Made by a program: the position numbers and the translations under genes. This document shows, in pieces, positions 38,904 to 51,600 of a stretch of DNA of 64,000 bases. This DNA is from Batkoa obscura (taxonomy: Eukaryota). Under the pieces are notes generated by a model. It searched no databases, was not told where the DNA came from, and saw nothing but the letters and a program-made list of their open reading frames with translations. The DNA is taken from assembly GCA_030770535.1 (NCBI GenBank), contig JASVEC010000017.1, positions 496,001-560,000 of the forward strand, read 5' to 3'. Numbering within the stretch: the stretch's first letter is position 1; each line of letters starts with the position of its first letter.

Positions 38904-40081
38904 TTTTTTAAGTTAAACTAATAATTAAATTAACAAAGTGAAAAGATAGAATTTGTTGCTTTTATATACTTTTGGTTATTTCTAATTAAACTAATTCGTT
39001 TTCGTATTAGAGATTATTCTTGATTTAACCCGATAGTCCGATAGATATTTTGCAAATTTGATTTTCCTAAAATAAGAATATTTATAAGCAATTCAGTTTT
39101 TATGCTACTTATTATTTAACTTTTTATAAATTGAAGTAATAAATATTGAAGAGTTTGTACTATATTTGTATATTCAATATTAAATTATATATATTATTAT
39201 GACCTTATATTTATTTTTGCAGTGCTTAGCATTGAAAAACTAAATCAGTTTTATTGGCAATCAGACTGTAATTACACGATCGATATTAAAAAATTGATAA
39301 ATGACGCTTAATCCAAATCTGCTTAAAAAATCGAATTTACCAAAATTGTAAAAACTTAAACTTACACTCATTTTTATGAATTTGCAAAAAAAATTAATGA
39401 GCCGAAATCATTCTTGAATAATAAATTAAGTCTAGTGTCTAAGCAAAAATACAATAAACCTTAATAAATGTTTAACTAAAGATAAATTAAATTAATAATA
39501 TCATGTGGAGTATCATATAAAAATATCTTTAGAGTTGAATAATGACTTTATTTTATCTTATTATAATAAAAATTAGAATTCTTTTAAAGTTTCAAATACC
39601 AAGCTCTGATTAGATTAATTAGACAGTGGCTAGTATTTGTAATGAAACTATTTAAATATTATTATCTTTGCTTATAAATATTTTATCCTAAAATTTTATT
39701 AAAAGGAAGATCCACGTAAAAAATTTCATTTAATATGGATCTAGATTGATATAGTTAAATTAAGGGTTATAACCAAACGTCAACAGGATCAATTACTAAT
39801 ATAAAACTATAATCCCGACAATAATTTAATAATTCAATTAGAAATAAATTTTTCTCATTCTTTGTTTATTAATAGAAATTAAGGACCTTTTTTAGTAATT
39901 TTTGTCATAATGTCTCCTTACTTTTAAACTTATGCTTTTATTAGAAAATCGGCTTAAACTTGAAACTCAAATTTTATCGGTGTTCTAAATCTATTTTTAT
40001 ACACTTTAAATTTAAATTTGTAATATTATTTATTCTGCGATTACATAAATATTCTCTCGGTTTTTAGAGAAATACCAAAAA

Positions 40082-40177
40082 TGGGGATTTCTTTTTGTTT
40101 AAGAAATTTACCAACATTTTTTCTGCGTAATAGTACTTAAAAAAGGAACAAAATATTATAACAAAAAAATATTCTTA
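40082..40177 (+). mobile_element. MITE family 1, degenerate
   Basis: Recognisable but eroded. Confidence 0.65.
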
Positions 40178-40957
40178 TACAATTTTAAAAAACTTATTCG
40201 AATTATATTATATTATAAACAAGCTAATAATCCAAAGAGATATATCGGATTGTCGTATCATTTTTTATTAACCTTAAAAGCGAAAACACCTAGGTGTTTT
40301 ATTTCTGAGAGATAGAAAAATTAACGTTAAAATGTAAAGAATAAGGAAAGTAAAGTATGGATCAAGGGTTACAATCAGAGAAATAACTCAAATTCAGTGA
40401 TATTAGCTTTTGACTTAAATAAATCATAAAAGCATATTTAAATTCTATTTTAAATAGAGTAGTTGAGAAAAGAATATAAAGGATGATAGAAAAGGAGGAG
40501 CAAGTCCACTATTGATAAGAGCTTAATTTAGTAATAAAATGTTTATAGCTTAGTAGTCATTATGAAAATTTATGGGAAAGTTAAAAAAAAATGCTATGTT
40601 TTAGTAAATTGCTGATAAGGGTGATATTATACATTTAAAGTTTAATTCTTTCTAATCTTATATTATCTTAAATTATAAAATACAATTTTTTAAATATTTT
40701 GAAACTAGCTTGACTAAAATTTAAGTTTTTTATGCTGTTTTTAGTTAATTTTCAAGCTTTTATCATTTTTTTAATGTTGCAGAAATTTAAATTTATTACT
40801 AAAAAATTAAAATAAGCTTTATAAAAGTTTTTAAGCAGTTATTACTATTATAAAAATAAATTTGTATTTATATTTATAATCATAGTCATAGTTATTTTTA
40901 ATAATTATAGTTAATTTAATCTAATATATTTATTATTTATAAATTAAAACATTAATA

Positions 40958-41056
40958 TGGGGATGTTTTTTTTGGTTTCATTACTTTTTCCATTTTTAAG
41001 CACATTTGAGCAGAAAGGTTGTTAGTAAAACTCTTAAACAAAAAAATACATCCCCA
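40958..41056 (-). mobile_element. MITE family 1
   Basis: Matches consensus, TA flanks. Confidence 0.85.
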
Positions 41057-41243
41057 TATTAAAAATAGTAGTATGCCAAATATACCAATTGTAAGACAGT
41101 TTAATTGGCTTGATTGGAGAAATGTTAACATAAGCATGAGTGGGCTGATGAAACTTCTTATTATGATCAATTTCCCACTTATTCAAGGTTTTATTGTGTA
41201 TATTTCCTTATAACATGTATCACCAAATGATATAGGATCATTA

Positions 41244-41705
41244 TGTGAAATATTGCTTTATTTAGCTCTCAGATTGATTATAACACAACAATCACTTAAG
41301 TTGTTGTATTCTCAAGTTCAAACACAATCAATTCAGAGTTCCTTATTTTGATTTGCTGCGAGAATTTATAACTTCATATTGTAAAGAATATTATCTCCTT
41401 TTAATATCCATACTTATTGGAGTATAAAAGAGATTCTTCAATATGATAACTCGAGGCTTTTTAACTGAATTACTCCCTGATATCGTACTATTAATAAAGC
41501 CATTAAGTCTTTCTGACAACGTCTTAGGTAGATTTTACAGTAGTATTGTCTATTCTATTTGTTTTACATAGTTCATAACTTATTATGTATTATTCCTATT
41601 CATTTAAGTCTATTTTAGTTATATAAACTAAGACCTTTCGACTCAGGGCAAGTTAATCAAGCAAGAACTGCTTTTAACTCCTACCACTAAGTGCCAACTT
41701 TCACA
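41244..41705 (+). mobile_element. Solo LTR D, TSD ATTA
   Basis: ATTA-TGTGAAAT...TTTCACA-ATTA. Confidence 0.92.
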
Positions 41706-41991
41706 ATTAGAAAGAGAGAGAATCTGATGAAACTAATTACTATATTAAAATTAACAATAATATTGGTTCCTAAAGAGTAATTGTTACTGAATCAGTTAAG
41801 TATTTGAATATTGTTGATATTGACAATAATGTAAACTGGTTATGAAGAGTGTTATTCATGGTAGCTATCTCTTGTACTATTTATCAGAAAAATATTTTCG
41901 CAAATCTGGTCCTAATTGGTAAACTAACATAATATAAACCATAACTTTTATAATAATTTACTCTACTACCAAAGCATATTAAGCTATTATA

Positions 41992-42090
41992 TGTGGCTGT
42001 TTTTTTTGTTTGAGAATTTTACTAACAGTTTTTCCACTCAAATAGCGCTTAAAAGATAGAAAAAGTAATGAATTAAAAAAAACACCCTCA
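41992..42090 (+). mobile_element. MITE family 1
   Basis: Matches consensus, TA flanks. Confidence 0.85.
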
Positions 42091-42283
42091 TATGCAACTT
42101 TATTTGAATAAGTAGTACAAATAATAAAACAACCAGTTAATTTTCAAATAATTCGTAATTTTTATACACTTTGCTGTTCTTAAAAAAGAAAAATTCAAAG
42201 TTTATGTTTAACAAAATACAAAATTAATTTTATTTAAAATAAGTACATGATAAATTAGAACTACAGGATTAAATATACAGTAG

Positions 42284-42907
42284 TTATTGAATGGATATTC
42301 TTATTTTCTTGTCTTCCTTCTTGAAACGTTTTGGAATCATTAAACTCAATACTCCATCAGTTAAATCTGCTTGGATTTCTTCAGCTAAAATATCTTGTTT
42401 AACTTTGAAACTTCTTTTGAAACTTTTCTTTGACCTTCTTTCTACAAGTAAATGTTTTCCATCATCAGTAACACTTGATGTACTTACAGAAGCATTATCA
42501 TCTTCATTAGTTTCATCCACTTCTTCTACTATAACAATATTTTCATGTTTCTTTGGTCTATAAACATATTCACCTTTTAAAGTAAGTGTATTATCTATAT
42601 TATCAAATGAAATATTGATATCTTCTTTTTTAAATCCGGGTAATTCAGCTTCAATGGTATAATAATTTGGAAATTCTGTTATGTCAACGTATGGCCATTT
42701 ATCTTCTTTAGGTTTACTAGTGTCGATTGTGACATTGTTATTACTATTTATAGTTTGTTTCTGTGGATTATTTCCTTGTGAAGTAGTTGATGTTGTATTA
42801 TTCTTCTCATGATGATTAAAAGGAGTATGATGCTCAGGAGTAAATACAAAAGGATGGAATTCTTTAGGATAATATACAAATGGGTTATTATTTAAAGTAG
42901 TGAACAT
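42284..42907 (-). CDS. Small heat-shock protein (HSP20/alpha-crystallin), copy 1
   Basis: PYVDITE, AELPGFKKEDI, LTLKGE, ERR...FKRSF, ADLTDGVLSLMIPK. Confidence 0.92.
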   Translation of the reverse strand: MFTTLNNNPFVYYPKEFHPFVFTPEHHTPFNHHEKNNTTSTTSQGNNPQKQTINSNNNVTIDTSKPKEDKWPYVDITEFPNYYTIEAELPGFKKEDINISFDNIDNTLTLKGEYVYRPKKHENIVIVEEVDETNEDDNASVSTSSVTDDGKHLLVERRSKKSFKRSFKVKQDILAEEIQADLTDGVLSLMIPKRFKKEDKKIRISIQ

Positions 42908-43589
42908 TGTTTGATATTTAATATAATATTTAATATAATATTTAATTTAATTTTTTATAATTTTTGTAATTATTTATTATTTGCTTTTATACTCTTTTCT
43001 AAATTGATTTTAAATTGATAAATTTTACTAAACTTTACTAAATTTTTAAGTAACTATCTAGAAATTTCGATAATAATTGTAACGTTAAGTCCAAATTAGG
43101 AAATTTATTAAAGATGATTTGTAATTTGTAATTTTACAAATCCTAACTAAATTAATAATATTGCAACTGTAAGCTATTTACTAATATCAAAAATAAGCAT
43201 CATAGTATTTTAACTACTAATGCCTTTTTATAAACTTCGATTTTGAATAAACAGTTTTTGTTAAATTGGGTTATCTTTGAAAAGTGTGAACTTATCAAAT
43301 ACATCCAAGTAGTTAAAGTATTAAATTTTAAAAAAAATAACTAAATAATACAAAAGATAAACAACATTGTTCCATCATTTTTAACTTATCTGTATACACT
43401 TCTTAATAAAATAATTAAAGCTTCTAAAAAGTAAAAACTAGTTTATCAAGTTGATATTGGTAGTAGACAAAACCTAGGGAAAATTATTGAAATATTTGCA
43501 TTGTATTTTTTTTGTTGCAAAAATCCAATTGCTTCCTAAAGTAAACCTTTGAAAAAACAATGAAATTCATTTTCAACCTTGTAATAAAA

Positions 43590-45209
43590 ATGGATAGCGA
43601 CGAAATGAATGAAGTAATTGACCATGAAAATATTGATAAAACATCGTTAAACTATCTTAGGACTTAATGAAAATAATTGAAGAATATGCTGAAGAATATT
43701 ATAATGAATTGGATCAATTAGATATGACCAATAAGTTGGAGTTAAGATCCTTGGTGGCATTAAGTAATTGAATTAATTTAAAAATATCAATAAAAGATAT
43801 TAATATTGAAATTTATAGGTTGTCTTATGGAAGCTTACATCGAAGAAGAAGTTGAAAAAGAATTAAATCCAAGTAAAAAAAGAAAGATTGAGTTTGTGGA
43901 TAGTAAAACTCCAATGTATATTAGTAGCTCAGATGAAGAGGAAGTTAGTGAAGAGTTAGATAGTTTGTTACAAGATAATGATTCTAGAATATCAAAGTCA
44001 GTAGAACAAATTCAAGTATTTAATGGTTCAACTAATAATTCTGGTTTATTAACCAAAGAATCAAGTAACCAAATGGTGGATGATTTAGATGATGATTCTG
44101 GGATAATAGTATTCAGTGAGCAAAGAGAAACTACTAATCAAGATGATACAATTAATCGGAACAATAGCAATGACGAAGATTTTATCCTAATAGGATCTAG
44201 TGATGATGAGACAATGGGTTCCAACTTTAATAATATGGAAATAAAAGATGAGGAGGAAACAACATTAATTAAAAATGAAACTGAGTTTAATTTTATTAAT
44301 GATAGTTTGATTGCTACCGGTTATAGCAGTGAAGATAGTGAAGAAAACGAGGAAGAGAGAGCGTGTAGTGAGGAGGATAGCGAAAGTGAAGAAGAAAGTG
44401 AGGAAGACAATGAGAAGGATATTAGTAGCAATACAACTCAAATTGAAAATGAATTAAGACACTTATTGAGTAATGATTATAAAGATGTTATCATAATTGA
44501 ATCAAGTGAGGATGACATAGCGTCTGCAACTGAGGATGATCAAGTGAAAAGGGAAGTAGATAGTGATGATGAGTTAAACCAAAATAATAATTTAGTATGT
44601 GATGACTTAATTAAACAAGAAAATTTCATCCATGGAAATAGAACAGTTAAACAAGAAAGGTTAAGCGATGAAAATATAGTAAACGAAAGCAAATCCAATG
44701 AAATACTAACTAAAGTAGAGGATACTAGAGTAAATAATAGTTTGGTAATGGATGATATTGAAAATGAAAATAGAATTGTAAAACAAGAGACAGTTGAAGA
44801 AACTTTAGTTGAAATAGAGCAAGTTCCAATTAAACAAGAAGAAACAGAAACACAATTACAAAATGGTAATAATAATAATAAAAGTGAAAATGAAAGTGAA
44901 AGTGAAAATGAAAACGAAAGTGAAAATGAAAATATAAAACAAGAACCAGTTGAGGAAAGCTTTATTGAAACTGAACAAGCTATAACTAAACAAGAAGAAA
45001 TGGAGACCCAATTACAAACTGATCATAATAATATAAAGAGCGAAGATAAATTTGGTATTAAAACCGAAAACGTAAAACAAGAATCAAGGAGAAACAAAAG
45101 AAATTTAATAAAGAAAGAAGATACCAAAATAGAATCACAAGATAAACATAGTACCGATGGCGAAAGTTCTTATGAATTATTTAAAAGTGAAGATGAGTTA
45201 GAGATATAA
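43590..45209 (+). CDS. Acidic nuclear protein; N-terminus resembles UAF subunit Rrn10; 3 exons (43590-43613, 43661-~43763, ~43819-45209)
   Basis: Spliced N-terminus EDLMKIIEEYAEEYY...LELRSLVALSCLME recalls the Rrn10 pattern (from memory, unverified); NLS PSKKRK. Confidence 0.55.
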
Positions 45210-45226
45210 ATAATTATTTATTTATT

Positions 45227-45327
45227 TGGGATATATTTTTTTGTTCAAGAATTTTACTAACAATCTTTCCGCTCAAGTAGCGCCTAAAAAGTGGAAAAAG
45301 TGATGAAACCAAAAAAAAGCATCTCCA
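45227..45327 (+). mobile_element. MITE family 1, between convergent stop codons
   Basis: Matches consensus; TT flanks. Confidence 0.85.
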
Positions 45328-45345
45328 TTTATTTAAAATAAAGAC

Positions 45346-46687
45346 TTAAATAAGGGTTACTCTTGTACGTACCAAACCATTAGTAAAATTTCTTAATGGT
45401 AATCTTCGATTAGCTTGTAAAATCCTAAAAGCTTCATGAATATCCGCTTTTTCTAAAGGTTTATGACTACCTTTTGGAGGATCAAAAATGGAAGGTATAT
45501 TGTCATCATTAGGTTTATCTTCAATTTTTTCCACTTTTTCATCTTGTTTATGAAATTCAAATAAACTTTCAATATCCTCATTTTCCCTTTTAATTTTTTT
45601 ATAGTGTGTGGAATTTAAAGAATTTTTTAAAATTTTTTTTAAATTCATTCGACTTTGCTGTTGTTGTTTTAATTTAATATCAATGGCTAATTCCGTTAAT
45701 CCACCCACCATTTCAAATGTTAAAAAGCCAAGAATATCAATTAAATCATCATTGGCTTTAGTATCCATATAACTTGCCATATGACACCATTCTTTAAATT
45801 TTTTACTTTTTCGATAGGTAAATGAAGCTTGTCGACATTCTGAGTAAAATACATATTCTTCTCGACTCATTAATTGAGTAATGGCATCTGCATTCTATAA
45901 TAAATTTGTATTTAGAAATAAACTAAACTAAACTAAACTAAACTTATTTTGTTTACCTTTAATCTTTGTAAACTATCATTAAAAGCATCTCTACTTTCCT
46001 CATCCCCTTCACTATCACTATCTAATATACTAGTCAAAGAGTTCAATAATTCCCAAGGTAATTTAACCGACATTTTTTTTAATGCTGGTTTATCTAAACA
46101 TTTTAAAATTATTACTTCCCTTTCAACAAAAAGAGAGTCATTAAAAAACTTACCGGCTCCATCTTCGATCAAGTCTTCTACTGCTTCGTTACCCCCGGAT
46201 TCTTTTGTATTTTTTCGAACATCTTTCCATGCTAAAAAAGTACGTAACCGATTCACTTTAGCTCGATCACGTCGTATTAAAAATATTAAATCTTCTGGTG
46301 AAACACTACGAGTATTTCGATTATTCGCTAATTTACTCGCCGAAACTACCTAATAAATGAACCAGTATTAATTGATTTGTTCCCATTTTGAGTTAAATTT
46401 ATAAATCAAATATTAATAGTTGTTAAAAAGTATAAATAGATTTAATACTAAAATAGAAACACTTATAAAAATTACCATTTCAATTACTTGAGTACGTACA
46501 ATATCTTCAATTAACATAGCTGTTTCTGTTAATGCATCATTTTTTTCACCAAATACAAACATCATCTGTTGAATTTCACTAAGGTATTTATATTTACTCT
46601 AAACGTTTAAAATTAGAGTTAGACCATTTGAAGCATAGAAGGATAGATTGAAATTACTTGCTTTTCATCATTATCTACTAAATCCAT
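45346..46687 (-). CDS. SPT3: SAGA subunit Spt3; 5 exons
   Basis: KYLSEIQQMMFVFGE, FLIRRDRAKVNRLRTFLAWKDVRK, MSREEYVFYSECRQASFTYRKSKKF, DILGFLTFEMV. Confidence 0.93.
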
Positions 46688-46813
46688 AGTGATATCTTTT
46701 TTTTAAGGAAATAATAAGTTTAAAAGATTAATGAAGGAAATCAATATAATAGGATTTCAAGTCTGAAAAATCAAAAACAAATTTAAAAATTTAATAAAAC
46801 CATGTGATAATGC

Positions 46814-46885
46814 GGATCCATGGTGTAATGGTTAGCACCCAAGGTTTTGATCCTTGTAATCCGAGTTCGATTCTCGGTGGGTCCT
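46814..46885 (+). tRNA. tRNA-Gln (UUG) isodecoder with A3:U70 pair
   Basis: Identical to the other two copies except GGATCCA/TGGGTCC acceptor stem; T-run terminator follows. Confidence 0.95.
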
Positions 46886-47088
46886 TTTAAGTGTATTTGA
46901 AATTTTTTTTAACTTACTATATTATTAAATAATTCTACAAAAATAATAAAATCCATTTATTATTTTTTGTTTTGTTATTGTTTTTTAAAAAGTGATAGAA
47001 ATAAAATGAAATAAAACAAAATAATCAAACAATTAAATCAAAATACAAAACAAATAACAATTCTATTTATTTATTCATTTCCATTTTC

Positions 47089-48548
47089 TTAAGGTACAAA
47101 TGGACTTTCTTTAATCTTAGCCATAGGTTCATAAAACTCTCTACCTAACCCAGCTTGATCTCTAGCAGGATAATTAAAAGGGGGTTTTAAAGTACCAAAG
47201 AAATGTTTTGATACAAAAGCATGAAAATACTTAGCATTAGGATCTATCTTATTTTCTTTAATTAACATATCTTCAGGTAATTCTAAATCCATAATTTCAG
47301 TTGAAGCTTGTTTAAATTCTGTTTTATCTTCTGTATTTTTATTCTTTTCCTCTCCTTCTTTTACACTCAATACTCCCATCTTTTCTTCCAATTCCATTTC
47401 TTTTTTCAATAATTCATCCATCCTGTCTCTATTTTTATCACAATAATATTTAAACCATCGAGTCCCAATTTCCACATGAGTTATTTCATCTTCATAAATT
47501 TTTTCTAACATAACACTTGATTCAATATCCCCATGTTTTTTGAAATTATTAATTGTACTTGGATTCACATCAAGACCTCGTGCTTCATGGACCATATGTA
47601 CAATGGCCATACGAGCAGGCATGAGATGCTTAGTTTCTGCTGCCGATTCCCAGATACCTAGAAGAAAGAAGATGAGATTAGTAACAAGTTGAAGAAAGAA
47701 AAGTAATTATTTGATTTTAAAAACTAATTATTATTTGAATATTAACTTACCAGCATGGATAGGTATATCACCAAATTTAGCATCTAAAGCATCAAGTCGT
47801 TGAATCAACCAATTGAAATGCTATTATAAAAATTGATTAATAACATTCTATCGATTACTAATTTTTTTAATTTAAATCATATCCTTTTAATTAAAATAAA
47901 TTTCAAATTGAAATCAAAACTTCATTTACCTTAGCTTCATCTAAGGCCATTTTTACAAAATCATCATAATACCCTTTTGGAAATGGTGGACTATTGGAAT
48001 TCTCTTCGATTTTACCAAAACGTACTATATTATCCCAAGCTGTATCAATAGCCCATTGTTCCACATTAGCTAATGCATGTAAAATAGTGATTCTGGAAGC
48101 CTATTAAAAAGGAGAAGGAATTAATATTAATATTAATATTATTTTTAAATTTTGTATTATTTTAATTATTATTTTTAAAAAAATTAAAAATTAAACTTAC
48201 TAAACTACCTGCTTTTCCTCGACGAGGTGCTCGTCCTGGTTGTACGATATCAAAATTACTTGGTCGGGGTGGTATATCAGGGATACTCTCTTTTCTTCCT
48301 ATAGGTAAATTATCTTTACTTCGCCACCATTCTCCTGCTTCATTTGTTAATTTTACTTTTTCTATTGGATCTTCAGTATATAATATTTTAGCTGCCCATT
48401 GACATAAAGTAGTTGGAGTAACTATTATTGAAGGTGTTGTCATTCGATTGAATTTGGGTGGTAAATAAGTTAATGGGTTGTAATTTTGTTTAGTTTTAAT
48501 AGATTGATAGAATTTAGTTAAGGTAATGAAGTGGGATTTAAATATCAT
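47089..48548 (-). CDS. DUF455 ferritin-like family protein; 3 introns
   Basis: ILHALANVEQWAIDTAWD, DEAKHF, HAGIWESA, ARMAIVHMVHEARGLD, DEITHV...G.RWF, LKPPFN..AR..AGL. Confidence 0.85.
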
Positions 48549-48698
48549 AAAGATAAAAATTAGAAATTGAAATTGAAATTTTTAAGTGGAACTTAAATTT
48601 GAAATAAGAATAAATTAAAATAAACAAAATTAAATAAAATTAAACAAAATTAAACAAAATATAATTCAACTTTAATAAATAAACTAATATACATTTAA

Positions 48699-51600
48699 TC
48701 AAAAAGATAAATCTACCATAGTTTTTGTAGTTGGATGCATTTGTAACCCATAAACTGTTTTTGTAAATTTCAATTTTCCCCATGATTTAGAAATATATAA
48801 TCGAAGACTAGCATACATAATTAAAAATATTCCCCCTATTAAAGGTATCCAGATAAAATCGATGTTTAGTTTATAAGAAGATCCAAATACTACATTTAAA
48901 AATGGAACATAAACACAAATAAATCCAATTATTAATCCGAATCCAATACCTGCAAAATTCTTCCAATTTGAAAACATTTGACGTCCAAATGGATATTGTA
49001 AATATGCTTTTACAGCAAATAAATTAAAGGCTTGCATAATCATAACAGATAATAAAAAAGCAGATTGACCTTGAGCATTAATGTCTAATAAATCACTTGT
49101 TGTATATTCTTTTCCAATACTTGAAATAAATATTTGTTGACTATCGTCAAAATTACCTTGTTTTGATGCTAAATAAATATCATTTAAATAAATTTCTTTT
49201 CTATAAAATGTCCAAAAAAAGGCAATAAATCCAATGATCGTTTCAATAATACCTGCTTCAAACCAAGACCAAAAAACAAGGTCTTTGTCAATCAGAAACT
49301 CTCCTTCATTCTTTTCAAATAAGTATTCTTTTAATCCTCCATTAAATAACCACTTTGGTTTGTCTTGTATCTTTTGTAAAAGACTAGGTTTTATAATTTG
49401 ATTTGATTCTAAATCTACTTTCATTTGAAGCTTCCTTTTTTGTCGTTTTTTAAATTGTTCAATTGTAGTTTCATTCACTGGGTTTCTAGGTTGTAATCTC
49501 ATTACCCCTGCATCTGAATCAATCTTATCCCAAGCAAAAGATAATGAAGTACATAAATCAAATCCTAAATCAATGACTAATGTTAATGCAGTTGACATAG
49601 CAGCAGGTACTGAAAATAAAGCTGGGGCAATTTGTGGTAATACTTCTGGAAATGTATGTGTACAAGTTAATTTAATACATTTCTTTATATTAATAAATGT
49701 TCTTCTACCCTCTTCAATACCTTTAACAATAGTTGAAAAATTATTGCTTAATAAAATAATACTAGCAATTTCCCCTACTACTTCAGAACCTGAATAAGCC
49801 ATTGCTATTGATAAATCAGCTTTCTTTAAGGCTGGTGCATCATTGACCCCATCCCCTACCATACCAACAATATGTCCCATAGATTGTGCTCTCTTTATAA
49901 TCTCTAATTTATGTGTAGGTAAAGTACTTGCAAAGATAATTTCTTCATTATCAAATATGTCATCCCAGTCATCATCTGTTAGATTATTAATTTGATTACC
50001 ATTAATAACTATTGAAGTATATTCATGAGATTCAATTGATTCAATGTTTCTTCCTGTTCTTTTAGCTATCTTTTCTTTTGTTTCCATTACCATCATATTT
50101 GTTTTTCTTGCTATTGCTTCAGCACATAAGGCATTATCATCTGATACCATTATCATTTTAATACCTGCAGTACGACAACGTCCAATAGCTTCACGAATTC
50201 CATGTTTGGGTGGATCTTCTAATGCTAATAAACCGTTGAAACAATAATCAGATAATGGATAATTTTTAGTTCTTAAATCAAATTTATAATTTATATTATA
50301 TCTTTCATTGGATAATTTCAGTTGTGCAAAAGCAAATACTTTATAACCTTTACTTGATAAATTGATATTAGATTCGATCACTTCTGTTCGATTTTCTTCA
50401 GTCAATTCAATTTCTCTACCCTCATAATTTATACTTGTACATAAATTTAATATACTTTCTACTTCCCCTTTAACAAATAACATAAAATGGCCATCTTCAT
50501 GTTCTATTTTATGTATATTTAAATTATGTTTTTTTCTTATATTGTACCCTGTTTCTAATACTCTAGGATATTTACTTAATAAACTATCGAACGAAGTATC
50601 GTACTTATAACAAAAATTTAATAATCCACACTCTGCTGGACCCCAAATTGTATTCCTACGATCGATTTCTAGATCACTACGATCAAATGTAGCAGTTGTA
50701 GTTAACCCAATATTCCTTAACAATTCTTTCATTCCATCTGTTTCTGGATTAAAAGATAAATAATGACCTATCCTCCCCTTTCGAGTGACACTAAAAAGCT
50801 CTAAATTATTATATACAATCGAGACAGACATTTCATTCCTAGTTAATATACCGACTTTATCTGTAATTAACATAGTCACACTACCCAATGTTTCAACGCC
50901 CTGAAAATCTTTAACTAAGATCTGATTATCAGCTAGAGATTTCACTGCTATGGATAGCATTAAATTGATAGATGCAGGTAAACCTTCGGGTACCCAAGCC
51001 AATAACAGACCAGCTGAAAATAAAAAAGCTTTAACTACATTATTTGTACTAACAAAAACCAGAGAAAAAAAGATAGCTACAGTAATTAAATCAATGGCAT
51101 AAATAGCTAGTACAAAGGATTTAATTTCTTTAGTTAATCTAGCGGATTTTTTCTTTTCTTTATTAGTCAATTGCAAAATCCTACCCAGCATAGTCTGATT
51201 ACCTGTTCTAATAACAACACCATACCCATCACCACTGACGACATGGGTACCTTTAAAAACAATATTTGTGGCATCAAACACATAGCTAATTTTATTATCA
51301 CTCTTTTTTTCTAAAAACTTAGTCTCTCCAGTTAAAGAAGAGTTATTAACAATTAAATGATCAGTATGAAATAATCGAATATCTGCTGGTATTGTCTCAT
51401 TTTGTTTCAATAATACAACATCCCCTGGAACTAAATCTTTTACTGATACCTTTAATATATCTGAATCTCTTAACAAGTAGCAATATTCGGGTATAATATT
51501 TCTACAGGATTCTAATATATTCTCACTCTTTTGCTCCTGTATGTAGTCTAAAGCAGCATTAAATAATGAAGCTCCAAGTAACACAGAGCCTAAATAAATA

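Noticed and set aside
41060..41960. Coding-like sequence flanking solo LTR D
   Set aside because: Multiple stops and no family recognised
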